This document shows positions 14,540-27,754 of a stretch of 64,000 nt of DNA, in pieces. Where the stretch lies: assembly GCA_951406725.2 (NCBI GenBank), contig OX597821.1:23436001-23500000 (forward strand). Direction: 5' to 3'. This DNA comes from Octopus vulgaris. Taxonomy: Eukaryota. Made by a program: the position numbers and the translations under genes. The notes below the pieces were generated by a model. The model was not told where the DNA came from, did not search any database, and was given only the letters and a program-made list of their open reading frames with translations. Position 1 is the first letter of the stretch, and each line of letters opens with the position of its first letter.

Positions 14540-14850
14540 TTTGTTATTGTGGCAAGAGGAACAGTTGTCAAAAGAACGATGTCGAATTCATGGGAAGAGG
14601 GAGGGGGAATGAGAAAGAGAGAGTCAAACTGATATAGCGGGGGGGGAATGAGTGAGTGAGCGAGTGAGTGAGTGAGAGGAGAATGAGTGAGAGGAGATTG
14701 ACAGAAGAATGAAACAACGCCACGGTGAGCGAGCATTAAACTGCCAAACCAGCTTGGCTGACTGTTCCGAGTTCAAATAAGCATGAGATCACTGGGCCTG
14801 CCTTGTTGTTTAGTAGTTTGGGTTTCTCGTCTTCCTCTCTCTCCCTCTCT
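14540..14850 (-). promoter_or_regulatory. Putative core promoter and 5' UTR of the 14473-14539 exon
   Basis: TCAGTT initiator-like motif on minus at 14632-14627, about 90 nt upstream of the ATG. GA/CT-rich tracts and a 7-codon uORF (MNSTSFF*, 14591-14568). Confidence 0.4.
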
Positions 14851-14973
14851 GTGTGTGAGTGTATAGACATATAGATACACACAAACACACACACATATAT
14901 AGATATATAGATATATATGTGTGTGCGTATGTATCCTGTATGTATCGGTCTGTTTTCCTTCTCTCTCTTTGAA

Positions 14974-15062
<89 letters not shown>

Positions 15063-16070
15063 ATAAATGTATGTTTTCCTTCTATTTGCTTCTTATTATC
15101 ATTAGTATGTCAAGTCTGTCGTTGTTTGGAAAGTTGTTGTTGTTGGTAGTAGTAGTAGCAGTAACAAAGATAATGGTGTTAGAGGTTGTGGTGATGCTGG
15201 TAGTGGTGTGGTAACGATGGTGTTGTTGTTGTTGGTGGTGGTGGTGGAGGTAGTGATGATAGCAGCAATGCCAATGATAATGGTAATGATGATGATGGTG
15301 GTAGTAGTAGCGGTGTTTGAGGTAACGGCGATAAGTAGAGATGGTGATGGTGATGGTGGGGGTGGCTGCGGTGGTGATAGTTAGAGTGTCTCCTGCTACT
15401 GTTATTATTGTTGTTGCCAACTTCTTCACTCACTCACCACTCACTCAACTGATTGACATTGAGAGAGGTGAGGTGAAGTGAACATTTCACAACACTTATA
15501 TGACACTTCGCTACACCACGAGGCAATAAGAGAAGCCAGTTCGCGGCGCTGAATATGCTAGAAATATCAACTAAATCTCCTATAAATGAAATCCTAATGT
15601 CTTAAGTAAGGGAAGAACATATTAGCAAATGTAGTCCTTGCATAACGCCATAAAAAGGGATATTTTACGACACAGATGCCTTTCATTATGAGACTACTCA
15701 TTTAAGATTGACCCAGGGCCCCCAAAAAAAACTACTTCACCATACCACACGCTACCTTATTACTTTACTACTTTTAAAAAAATTGTATTTGAATCTTGTA
15801 GTCCTTTTTGTATAAAGGCCCAGATGGTCACGGCTGGAAAGCCATAAACTTAACTCAACTCAAACGTCTGACAGGTCAGTCATACTGCTCAAGATTGAGT
15901 GAAAGTATAACGATGAGAAATGAAAAAAAGAAAGAAAGAAAAGGATGTTTGTGAGTGAAACGCACGTGGAGTGAAAGGTGGAGTGTGACTTATAAGCTCC
16001 GCCCAATTTAAATTGATGACAGACAGATAAAGAGCGGGAGGAAGAAGAAGATAGCTACAAAGACAATAGG

Positions 16071-16118
<48 letters not shown>

Positions 16119-16135
16119 TATATATATATATATGT

Positions 16136-16166
<31 letters not shown>

Positions 16167-16441
16167 ACATACAAAATATGTATGAGGTAGGTAGGTAGGT
16201 CGTGAGATAAATAGAGGTATGGTTAAAAACAAAGACAGAGGTCTTAAATATTAGCAATACGTGCCACCGAATACTGCGTCTTTGGACTTGTTCGTGTAAT
16301 ATTCTCGGCGCCAGTACACGCGCGCGCACACATGTGTGTGTGTGTATAAGATAAATTTATTTCTTAAAACTTAGGTGTGTATACTTAGTTTAGCGACGTA
16401 CGGTGAACAAAGGAATAAAGACAAAACTACAACAAATTTTC

Positions 16442-16502
<61 letters not shown>

Positions 16503-16737
16503 ACATGCAACTGAGAGTCAATTGTCAGAACCAACCTGTAGAGAAAGAAATGAGGTGGGAGAAGAGGTAGGTGTGGCTTAAGGATAATGATATAGATAGA
16601 TAGATAGAAACTAAGAGATATGTAGATGTGTATAGCTAGACGGAGAAGAGATAAATATAGATTGACTGACAGATTGTTTAGACAGTTAGAAAGACAGATA
16701 ACTAGGTACAGGAATAGATAAATAATGTTGACAGGAA

Positions 16738-16752
16738 GATAGACAGACAAAC

Positions 16753-16827
<75 letters not shown>

Positions 16828-16832
16828 CAGAC

Positions 16833-16907
<75 letters not shown>

Positions 16908-16908
16908 C

Positions 16909-16967
<59 letters not shown>

Positions 16968-16982
16968 CAGATAGATAGATAT
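16738..16982. repeat. (GATA)n microsatellite
   Basis: Read directly from the sequence. Confidence 0.95.
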
Positions 16983-17244
16983 GAATGATATAAAGGTTTG
17001 TACAACTCGAGTGATAACAAAGAAGATATTAAAATATGTAAATAAGTAGATAAATGCACAACACACACACGTGTGTGTGTGTGTAGGTAGCTTGCCAGAC
17101 AAATAAACTGATAGGTAGGTTCAGAGATATAAACAGACGTAAACAGATAAACATGTCGACAAACTTGTTAGAAAGATACAAACTGACAAACATTAAATTG
17201 AAGTTTACCCACTTTTCGTAGAAATACGCATATATATATATATA

Positions 17245-18008
17245 CACTCTTTCACTTTCTTTCTCTCATTCTTCTTTTGCTATCGCTATCTTTTAATTCT
17301 TGATATCTCTCTTTTCAACTTTCTTTCTTTCTTTCATTTCTTCCCTCTGTCTCTCTCTCTCTCTCTCTCTTTTCTCATTGTCAGCTTATTCGCTCTTCCT
17401 TTTTCTCTCTATGACTGGTATTATTTTATTCTCTTTCACATTCTCTCCCTCTTCTATCGCCTCCTCTCTAACTCTATCTGTCCTCCTCACTCTCTCTCTC
17501 TTTTCCTCTATATCTTTTACTCCACCTTCTACACTCTCTAACATTCTCTCTCATGATATCACTCCCTGTCCTTTTGCCTCCCACTACTGCTCTAACCGTT
17601 CCTCTCTTTTATTTTTCTCTCTCATACACATTTGGCCTTCCTCTCACCATTTCCTCTCCCAGTCTCTCTTCCTTTTCTTGCTATTCTCTCTTCCTTTTTC
17701 TTATTCTATCATCATTTTCTATGACATTTAGACATTCAAGCGCCCCCATTTCTCTCTTACTTTCTAGTTCCATCTCTCTCGCTCATTTTCTCTCTCTCAC
17801 TCAAACTATCGCCAACAAGCTTTACTCTCTCACTTTCTCAAATTATCGTTTACAAGCTTCATTCTCTTACTTTCCTTCTTTGTATCCCTTAATCTCTCAA
17901 ACAATCATCTACAAGCTTTACTCTCACTTTCTCTCATTCTCTCTCTCACTTCACCTCATCCCTCTTCCTCTCTCTCCTAAACTATCGTCTACAAGCTTTA
18001 CTATCTCA

Positions 18009-18039
<31 letters not shown>

Positions 18040-18398
18040 ACCTATCTATCCCTGTTACTATCATACTATCTCACTCTCTCTCTCTCTCTCTCTCTCTCTA
18101 CCTATCTATCCCTGTTACTATCAAGCTTTACTATCTCACTCTCTCTCTCTCTCTCTCTACCTATCTATCCCTGTTACTATCATACTATCTCACTATCTCA
18201 CTATTTGCAATACATCACTTAAAATACCATCAACCATCAAGGTCTCTCATTAACTATCTATCTCCTACAAAATATCTTCTATTTCTTCTCTAATTCTATC
18301 ACTATCAAACTACCGTCTGCTATTTCTGTTTCCCTCTCTCTAACTTTCATATCCTTTCTCTCAAGCTACCTTCTGCCCGTCACACACACACTCTTACT

Positions 18399-18435
<37 letters not shown>

Positions 18436-18535
18436 TACACTTCCAATCCTCCCTTTCATTTTCCCTTCACTCATTCTAACACTTCAGTTAATCTTCTTTT
18501 CTTCCCCTCTCTTTTTTCTCTCTCACCTTTAAACT
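17245..18535. repeat. CT-rich polypyrimidine low-complexity block with short internal repeats
   Basis: Strongly pyrimidine-biased + strand; CTACCTATCTATCCCTGTTACTATCA occurs three times around 18035-18185. Confidence 0.85.
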
Positions 18536-18609
18536 GCTGTTGATCAGCGTACAGCTCTCTGATTTGTAACTCGTATAATTCAAGTTCGCATGTGCCTATT
18601 TTATGGCAT

Positions 18610-18936
<327 letters not shown>

Positions 18937-19175
18937 AGAGGAATCCCTTGCTTTGCGGAAGTTAATACGTTCCTGAAAATCTGGCCGTAACGCGAAATTT
19001 CGAAATGCAAAATTAATTTTCTCATTGATTTTCATATAATCAAGCTAGATTGCGTTTCTACGGATATTTTCAAAGAGAACAAAAAAAAAAAAGAAGCACA
19101 AGAAAACAGAACAAACAACGTGATCATCTTTACACACGAAAATAACTATTTCTTAAACATACAAAGTACAATATA

Positions 19176-20074
19176 CGAGGTAGTATCAAAAGGTTCTCGA
19201 ACTAGTTACGTTTAATGAAAAATAACTTATTTACCTAAGTTTTAACATCATCTCCTTCGAAATAGTCACGTCGTACAGGAATACACTGGTCCCAGTGTTC
19301 CTGTCACTTTTGGAATCCAGCCCGTTTTCTACAAGCGAGTCGAAGACCTTCTGCGTTGCGCTCTGGATCTCGATAATGGTGTTAAAAGGGGCGACCTTTG
19401 AGCTGCGTGTCTATTTGGGGAAGAGATGAAAGTCCCTAGGTGCTAAATCTGGCGAATACGGCTGGTGCGGAAGCGATACCATGTTTTTTGGGGTGGGATG
19501 GGGGCTCGGAGGGCTCAGTGACAGGGTGAATTGTTGTTGTGAAGAATCCAATTCTTTGCGCACCACAGATCCAATCGCTTTCGCCGAATGGCCTCCTTCA
19601 AACGCTTCAAAACGTCACAGTAGAACACTCGATTGACGGCGTGGCTCTGGGGGTACAAATTCTCGATGCAAAACAGATTTCCAGGGGTGACGGTTGTGAC
19701 AGGTCTTCCAGATCGCTCATCGTCTTCCAGGGACGTTCTCCCGCTTTTGAACTTTTTCGAAACATTGCATACGACCCATTGCCTCGTCACCGTAATCTTG
19801 CCGAAGCATGCTCGATGTCTCCGTAGTAGACTTCCAAAATTTAACGCATAATTTCACGTTGGCTTTTTGTTCTTGTCCATGGCAACATCGCAGATTACAG
19901 CATACACTTAGTCACAAAAACACAAATCTCACGACTTGCAAAATAAACACAACGATGACATTCGGCACACTGCCTCATGAAGGTCCCTGCTGGTTCTCAA
20001 TGTGCTTGCAACCGTGTGCTGTCATCTGTTGGCACGCTACAGAACTAGTCCGGAAACGTTTTGATACCATCCCG
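19176..20074 (-). mobile_element. Internally deleted mariner element
   Basis: Imperfect TIRs CGAGGTAGTATCAAAAGGTTCTCGAACTAGTT and AACTAGTCCGGAAACGTTTTGATACCATCCCG, flanked by TA. Transposase remnants FKSGRTSLEDDERSGRP and LKRLKEAIRRKR...WILHNNN. Confidence 0.85.
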
Positions 20075-20235
20075 TAGATACATAAGACACAAGAATATTC
20101 TAAGAGGAATAAGTTAAGGAGTTAATAAGAATCATAATATCGTGAGAGTACGTTCTTAGCACAAAAGATGTTGACAAGTTTGTGAGGTGTGGTGATGGAA
20201 TGAGAATTACGAGGAGGCAGGGGGGATGATATTTA

Positions 20236-21270
20236 CTATCTTATGTCTTGAGAGTTGAAAATCTTATGCAAAGTTTGTTGATTATAACGCATGATCTCTT
20301 TGTACAGCTCAGTATCGGAACTGAGCTCATTGTAAACTCCTCTTATAATTCTTATGTGGCCGTCACGATTAGAGTCATTATCAACAAAAACCTGCAGACC
20401 TTCATCTGTAAGTGCCAACCCTTTAACAATAGTTTTTTTCAAGTCAATTTAAGTGGTGTACGTGGAACTTCCGTTGTCTTATCTGTATTTTCAACCTGTT
20501 TTTTTTTTTCTCACAGCACCAGCTCCTCGTAAGATAAACTTTCTCTCTAGGACACTAGCAACTCACTCATCTCATTCTCTATAACTTCTTCAAATCCTGC
20601 ATCCTTTGTAAGTGTCACAATGCCTTTCCAAATTTGAAGTAAATTTTCTGCTTGCGGAAAACTTGCAATACCACGGATACAGTCTGGCCGTATACGTTTC
20701 CAAGCACTATTCAAAGTTGAAGGTCTCACTTCATTCCAAATCGGAGGTAGATTAAACTTAGTATAACTTTTGAAAGCCCTTAGATTTTCGGAATGTTTCG
20801 CGTGTACGTGTTTTAATTTCAAATCACCAGCGGCATTTCTTTCTCAAAGTGCCAGACGATTTTTAGAAGCTTTAAATCCTGGTGTTGATTTTTCTTCTCG
20901 AGAAATATAATTTCTAGCAGGCATGCACTTCCAGAAAAGTGCAGTCTCATCACCATTGTATATCTGCTCTACTTGATAGCGTCTTTCCAGCAATCATTTT
21001 CCTCAGCTACCCAGAACAATTAGCAGCAGCCTTTGTATCAGCGCTCGCAGTTTCGCCAGTCATTTTTATGTTGTGCAACTTAACGTGCTTCTTAAGCCTT
21101 TCAAACCAACCTTTACTAGCTAAAAAAGTTTTTTTTTCATTAGAAGTTTCACCATTTCGCTGCAAATTGTCGTATAAACTTTTGACTCTTTTTGAAATAC
21201 CATCGTGCTTATCGGCACATTACACCGATTCTAAACCTCGATCCATACACTCAAAAGTCGTTCCATTTTA
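20236..21270 (-). pseudogene. Degraded pogo/Tigger-like transposase
   Basis: Minus-strand fragments KMTGETASADTKAA, AAGDLKLK and WNEVRPSTLNSAWKRI...AGFEEVIENEMSELL resemble Tigger/Jerky transposases; many disablements. Confidence 0.6.
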
Positions 21271-21579
21271 AGCATCACTTTAAATCTGTGGGAAAATAAG
21301 ATCGGGACAGTTTACAGAATAGATTTTTGAGCACTTAACATAATTTTTGCCCTATTGTTACGTTTTGTTCTCACTGAAGACATTGCAAGATTTAATGTTT
21401 TGGCAATATAACAAAGTTTTACTTCTGCATCAAGAGTTTTTAAAACGTCAAGTTTGATTCCAGTGTAATTTCTTTATGGTTGCTTTTCACAACTGCCTTC
21501 AGATCTACTTGATAGCGTCTTTCCAGACATTTTAAATTGAAGGCAAACCCAATAGCAGCAGCGATTAATTATCCACAAC

Positions 21580-21915
21580 ATCATCATCATCATTCATCAT
21601 TGTTCGACCGTGGTCAAGACAATGGAATTTACCATGCTGCTGGACTTCACGGTCCATCATGACATTACGGAGGTCCTGTTGCTGGATGCCTGTATCCCTG
21701 GAGATTACATCAGGGTAGGAGAGTGTGCACCCTCTGGCATTGCGAGTAGATTGCTTCCAGAGGAGGAGAGTAGAAATTACCTCTTTTTCAGCTCTACAAC
21801 AATGTCCAGCAAACTAGACTCTCCTACCTTTCACAAGAGATGACACAGGTGGTAGTTTCCCATTTATTTGCATTTTGGTTGGATGGCGCTTCCACGAGAG
21901 ATTTTGAGCTCTCAT
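21580..21915 (-). mobile_element. RTE-clade LINE 3' fragment with (TGA)n tail
   Basis: Reverse complement is highly similar to 41010-41390. Confidence 0.8.
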
Positions 21916-22489
21916 AAGGAGGCGACAAATATGTAGCAAAAACAGTTCGCCCAGGAAAGACTTGCTTTGTGAGAGCGGAAAATTGCCTTGTTCCTCCTAT
22001 TCATGCAATAATGAAAATGAGAAGAAAAGGTGGAGGGCTCAGGGACAGAAAGTACAATTAGCGGATAGAAGAGTACCAATAAAAATAATGGCGCGCGCAC
22101 ACACATGCTGAAACGCGAACGCTCATGCATACACACACAGACGCGCGCGTTGGTGTACATGCTGGCATGTTTACCCAGTTGGATTCAAAAGTTGGTGGGT
22201 CGATAGTAGCGATGATGTGGGTTGTATTGGTTTAGATGTTTGTGATGGTGCGTATTGTTGGTGGTGTGGTGGTTATGTTGTTTTTGCTAATTGTATTGTT
22301 GTGGCTGTTCAATCTCAATTCAATACTCATAGACCTAAGATCAAATACATTTCATTCAACTCTTAAAATACACTCGGACAGCGCATTATTTGTTTTTATT
22401 GAAATGGATTTGCTTTTTCGACTTCATATTACATATTACTGTTGCTGTTGGTGGTTGTGTTCGTATTGACGATAGCAACACACAAACAC

Positions 22490-22665
22490 ATACATACATA
22501 CATACATACATGCATGCATACATACATACATACATACATACATACATACATACATACATACATACATACATACATACATACATACATACATACATACATA
22601 CATACATACATACATACATACATACATACATACATGCATGCATACATACATACATACAAACATAC

Positions 22666-22696
<31 letters not shown>

Positions 22697-22885
22697 CATA
22701 CATACATACATACATACATACATACAAACATACATACATACATACATACATACATACATACATACATACATACATACATACATACATACATACATACATA
22801 CATGCATACATACATACATACATACATACATACATACATACATACATACATACATACATACATACATACATACATACATACATGC
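22490..22885. repeat. (CATA)n microsatellite
   Basis: Read directly; it is the source of the MYVC/HTYI pseudo-ORFs. Confidence 0.95.
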
Positions 22886-23215
22886 ATTATATATACATAT
22901 GTGTATGGGTATGCAGGTATGTGTGTACCATCATAGTTTTTCAAATCTTTAACTATATACTTTGGTCTTAACTAAAACGCAGTGGATACTGAGCTAAGAA
23001 GAAACTGGTATTTTTAAATTAACAATTTAAAATTATGTAATACGAGTTTCCATAAGATCGAAATGCTGTAACCTGAGGTAAACGTAACGCGGTGGATGCC
23101 TACATACATACATACATACATACATAGATACATACATACATACACACACACACAATTATTGAACTGTTAAACCCTACACATTTTGTTTCGTTCTCTCTTT
23201 TTCTCCTTGTCAATC

Positions 23216-23251
23216 CTTTCTGTCGAAGAGCGAAGGCTCGAAACGTCAAAG
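23216..23251 (+). ncRNA. Minimal type-I hammerhead-like motif, A6U core variant, in a Penelope-like short element (about 23160-23345)
   Basis: cttt-CTGTCGA-A-GAGC-gaag-GCTC-GAAAC-GTC-aaag: stem I cttt/aaag, stem II GAGC/GCTC, palindromic ACGT stem III, GUC site. The element ends in (TA)n. Confidence 0.6.
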
Positions 23252-23339
23252 ACTTTTCCATTCTTCCTGAGCGTTAAACTAATACACCTGCTTGTTGTTC
23301 CTTCACCTGTCTTCGTCTTTCGTTTTCTGTAAATTCTAA

Positions 23340-23373
<34 letters not shown>

Positions 23374-23768
23374 CTAGCAGTATCGCCCGGCGTTGCTCGG
23401 GTTTGTAAGGGAAATAACTATATAAGCATTTTTAGAGAGTTATAGTCAAAAAATAGCAAAAAATGCATTAAAAATGGAAAAAAAATTATGGTAATTTTTT
23501 TAAAAATCGTTTACTCATCGTAGACATTTTTAGAGAGTTACTTCCCCTTATATAATAGCGAAAAAAATGCATTAAAATGGAAAAAAATTATGGTAAATTT
23601 TTTTTTAAATCGTTGACTCATCGTAGACGCGCGCTAATACCCAGACGGGCTCGATATGAATCACGACTATAAGATACCCGGTTTTGGTTAAACTGCACCG
23701 CAAAATGTGGGAGTAGTTAGGAATCTAAATCGTAGGAGACAGACACACAACTTGACTTTTATATATAT
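23374..23768 (-). mobile_element. Non-autonomous Helitron
   Basis: Minus-strand 3' end CCCGAGCAACGCCGGG hairpin ... CTAG followed by T. Internal ~100-bp tandem duplication; homologous to 38413-38808. Confidence 0.8.
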
Positions 23769-23771
23769 AAT

Positions 23772-24216
23772 TAGTCGGATCAATAAGTATCCGGAGTACG
23801 ACCGTGACATTTTGCCGCGCTTGCGCGATGCTATTCGTCGGGAAAGACCACAATTGCATGCGTCCAGTGAGTGGCAGTTGCATCATGACAACATACCTGC
23901 CCCTTCAGCGCAGCAGTTTTTGACTAGGCACTGCATTCCCTAGGTCCAACAGTCACCGTATTCCCCAGATCTCGCCCCTTGCGATGTTTCCTTCATTCCA
24001 AAAATCAAATCCCGCTTGAAAGGAAGATTTCGGGACGTCGAGAAAGCGATTGCGACGAGGTAGCAGTGATTATCCCAGGAAACGAGTTCCAGGAATGCTT
24101 CCATCAATGGAAACGGTGCCGGAACTACTTTGAAGGAGATTAAATGCCAAATTGGTAAGTGTTGTAGTTTTGTTTTTAATATTACCAGTCCGGATACTTA
24201 TTGATCAAAGCTAGTG
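23772..24216 (+). mobile_element. Internally deleted mariner element
   Basis: TIR cores GATCAATAAGTATCCGGA and TCCGGATACTTATTGATC; remnants RLRDAIRRERP, WQLHHDN and YSPDLAPCD. Confidence 0.85.
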
Positions 24217-24322
24217 TGTGTGTATATGCGTTACACAAATATACATGCATACATGCACAAAAACACAAATTGATATAGTCTCATATACATATGTGTGTGT
24301 GTGTGTATGCGTGTATGTATAT

Positions 24323-24402
<80 letters not shown>

Positions 24403-24551
24403 TAGGGTTCAGATAACTGCTTCACCACATACCGAAATTAGAAATAGGAGTTAAAAATTCCTTTTCTGCTACTATAACAATCTCCATGACGGTAAACATA
24501 CTTTTTTATGTAGGCAAAGAGAAAAACAATGAATCAACAGGACCAGGATTA

Positions 24552-24614
24552 ATTATATACGCGTTTCGAGATTAAAGTAATTTAAATTTTATTTACTTCT
24601 CTCTTCAGTATAAT
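24552..24614 (-). ncRNA. Type-I hammerhead ribozyme motif with canonical core, in a Penelope-like element (about 24398-24700)
   Basis: attata-CTGAAGA-GAGA...TCTC-GAA-ACGCGT-A-tataat: perfect 6-bp stem I, stem II, palindromic stem III, GUA site. Confidence 0.75.
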
Positions 24615-24719
24615 ATTTCCAATTTTTATAAAATTTAAAACTGCTATGACTGAATATGCACACAATCGATAGTCATCATGTAGCAGATATCCAACAAACA
24701 CTTCCAAAATTTAAGAGCC

Positions 24720-25202
24720 GAATGTGAATACACTATTCAAACTCTATACCCACGGATGAAAAATATAAAAGTTACGGCCAAAAATAAAATCCCTTTAGGT
24801 ATTTGTACGCAAAAAGCCTATTGACTTTATAAAACCACTGCTCAGGCGCAATTATCGATTTTTTTTGTCAACGCCATATAATGACACTAACTCACTGCCA
24901 TGAGCCTCGCTCACTCATCGATTTTCATCAAAATCGGACAAAAGATGCAAAAGATGCAAAAGATGCAGGAAAAATAATATCGTTATGGGAATTTCCATTC
25001 AAACACCCGATTGAACTCACAAAAATCGATGCCAACTGAGCATTATCGAGTTTTCGAAAAATTCCGGCCTTATTTGAACTTCAGGGCATGTGATCTACCT
25101 ATATGCCAAAAATCATTAAAATCGGTTGGATGGTGTGGGAGGAGTTTGAGTAACCCCAAATACACAGACAGACAGACACCATTACACATTTATGTATATA
25201 GA
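24720..25202 (-). mobile_element. Probable Helitron-like non-autonomous element, 5' part
   Basis: Minus strand starts A|TCTATATACATAAAT...GTCTGTCTGTCTGTG, typical of non-autonomous Helitron 5' ends. No 3' CTAG end was found. Confidence 0.45.
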
Positions 25203-25523
25203 TATAAAAGAAAAAAAGAAAGCTAGAAAGAAAGAAAGAAAGAAAAAAAGAAAGAAAGAAAGAAAGAAAGAAAGAAAAAAAGAAAAACGAAAAGAAAGAA
25301 AGGAACAAACAAACCAACAAACAAGCAGCTTCCTATTTACGCATTAGCCCGGAACACGTGTTGAAAAACGAAAGCACTTACACACAAAATACACGAAACA
25401 CGAAACACTATATAAAAACTTCTTCCACAGAGGTTTGTGTCATCCTGTTTTAATATTCAATCATTCCTTTATTCTTTTACTTGTTTCAGTCATTTGACTG
25501 CGGCCATACTGGAGCACCGTCTC

Positions 25524-25934
25524 GGATCTTCGTGGTTTTCGTCACTGTTTACAATTTTCTTCCAATTGTTTTCAAGTTTGGTATATAGGTTAAGTTTTGT
25601 ATGCTAATTATGAAAATGAAATTTATTATTCTTATAAATCTATAATAAAAAAGTTATTAGCCATTAAAATTTGCAAAGTTTGAGTATTTTAGCCGATCAT
25701 AAACGAGTATTTTACTCACCACGCTGGCAAAAAGATCTGTTTCCATTGTGACCAAAGATGCTGACAAGGAGGAGAAGGAGATATGAGAAAGATAATTTTC
25801 TTACTATAAATAATACTCGTGTTTTTCTCCGTCACAACATATGAATGAGAAAAGAAGGGATAATGGTAAACTGGTAGTGGGAGCGTTTCAACTGCGTGTG
25901 AGTATATGTGTGTGTATGTAAAAGAGAGGTATAT

Positions 25935-25986
<52 letters not shown>

Positions 25987-26313
25987 AATGAAAGTGGGAT
26001 GAGGAACATTCAACGCTGAAAAAAAAAAAACCCCAGCGTTTCAACTCTCCGTGAGTATATGTATGTACAAGGGAAGTAACAATGTTTTGACATGCCGATG
26101 CTCCCACCCTTGATTATAGAAGAGGCAGCGAACGCGCTATTTTTTGATTGGTTGAAAATTCTGAAAATTATCAAATTTTGAACACCTGTAATATTTTTCT
26201 GGAATAAATGAATAACAAATTCGGATTCAGCCTCAAAAATTACATCAATATGATACATCAATAAAAATTTTTTTAAAGGTAATTGTAAACAGTGACGAAA
26301 ACCACAAAGATCC
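25524..26313. mobile_element. MITE with GGATC...GATCC termini inserted in a family A SINE (25467-26460)
   Basis: 33-bp TIR GGATCTTCGTGGTTTTCGTCACTGTTTACAATT and AATTGTAAACAGTGACGAAAACCACAAAGATCC; SINE sequence resumes on both sides. Confidence 0.8.
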
Positions 26314-26554
26314 CCATATTTCGTAAGCCTAGAATTTATTCATCGCTCTCTTTTGCCGAACCGCTAGGTTATGGGGACGTAAGCTCATCAACACCAGTTG
26401 TCAAGTGGTGATGGGGCGGGGACAAACACAGAGACACTCATGCACATACATACATACATACATTTTGTAAAATTTTTTTAAAGAATTTTTTTTCTAAATA
26501 TACGGAAAAATACGAACATTATGATTCGGACAAAAATTTCAAAACATTTCTCTG

Positions 26555-26735
26555 CTTACGGTTACGGTCTTAGGGTTAGGGTTAGGATTAGGGTTAGTGG
26601 GGTTAGGGTTAGGGTTAGAGTTAGGGTTTTAGGATTAGGGTTACCGTTTTAGGGTTAGGGTTAGGGTTTTAGTGTTTTAGGGTTAGGGTTAAGATTAGGG
26701 TTAGGGTTTTAGGGTTAGTGTTTTAGGATTAGTGT
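26555..26735 (+). repeat. Degenerate interstitial (TTAGGG)n array
   Basis: About 170 bp of TTAGGG, TTAGGA and TTTTAGGG units. Confidence 0.9.
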
Positions 26736-27754
26736 TGAGGAAAAAGTCAAAATTGAAGTAGTTGGGGTGGGGGAAGGAATGGGGAGAAATTTCAAAATGC
26801 CGATTTTTGGCAATTTTCCGGAACCTCCGTATCCAAAAAGGGGGATTTTTGTCAAAAAAATTTTTTAAATAAACAAATTTGGGAGAAAATGGGAGGAGGA
26901 CAGACGGAAGTCTTTCCTTATTGTCTTTTAAATAGTTTAATTAACTTTAAACATAGCAAGGTTTATAATATTAGTGTATTACAAATACTTTTATTAGTTC
27001 CTATTTAATGAAATTTAAGTGTATATTAGTCACTGGTAATTTAATATTATAACTTGTATTCATGAGTATGTAGTGTTTTATTATTAACTCTTGAATGAGG
27101 AAATAATGTATTTCACTCATAAAAATATTAGATTAATTTCTGTAGTGTTTTGTTTCGGAAATCATTCTATAAGGTCTGAAGTGACATTACAGTAGTATCT
27201 ATGGAAGACCGGTGGGATTATTATCTATATGGAGCTCACGATGGATCGCAATTTAGCCTATAATTTGGTTATTGCAGTTTACTATTAATACCGATACAAT
27301 GTACATTGGTTTAAATGTCTCTTGCTGTAGGTTTAGTATAATGATTAATCCTGCCTATATATTGATTGATTAAAATAATGTGGTTATAAAGCTTTACATT
27401 TATATTACACTACGGAAGACGGTAGGGATTATAATGTTTTATGACTTAATAGAGTTGTCTCTGTTTAGTTACGTATTTAGGAGTAGTTGTAATTTACTTA
27501 TTGAATTTATTTATTGATACAGTTGTACATTGGGTAAATATGTTTGAAAGTTGTGGTTTCTTTGGTTTGTTCCCAAACAACAGTTATTTTAGTGCTGTTG
27601 ACACAACCGGATTGAATGGTACTGCTAAGGTGTCAAAACCATAATGATATCCGTGGGACAGCTGATGATGGAGGTATGTTGGATTGTTGGTATGGCTGTG
27701 GAATTGTATTATAACACATCCTTTTGATACACACACACATGCATATATAGTAAT

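Noticed and set aside
15060-15433. His/Thr/Pro-rich ORFs
   Set aside because: Mixed trinucleotide low-complexity DNA with no splice or domain support.
17300-18293. 143-aa and 246-aa Leu/Ser/Phe-rich ORFs
   Set aside because: Artefact of the CT-rich tract.
22386-22971. Long ORFs such as [24 protein letters not shown] and YIYIYI throughout the window
   Set aside because: They are translations of stop-free microsatellites.
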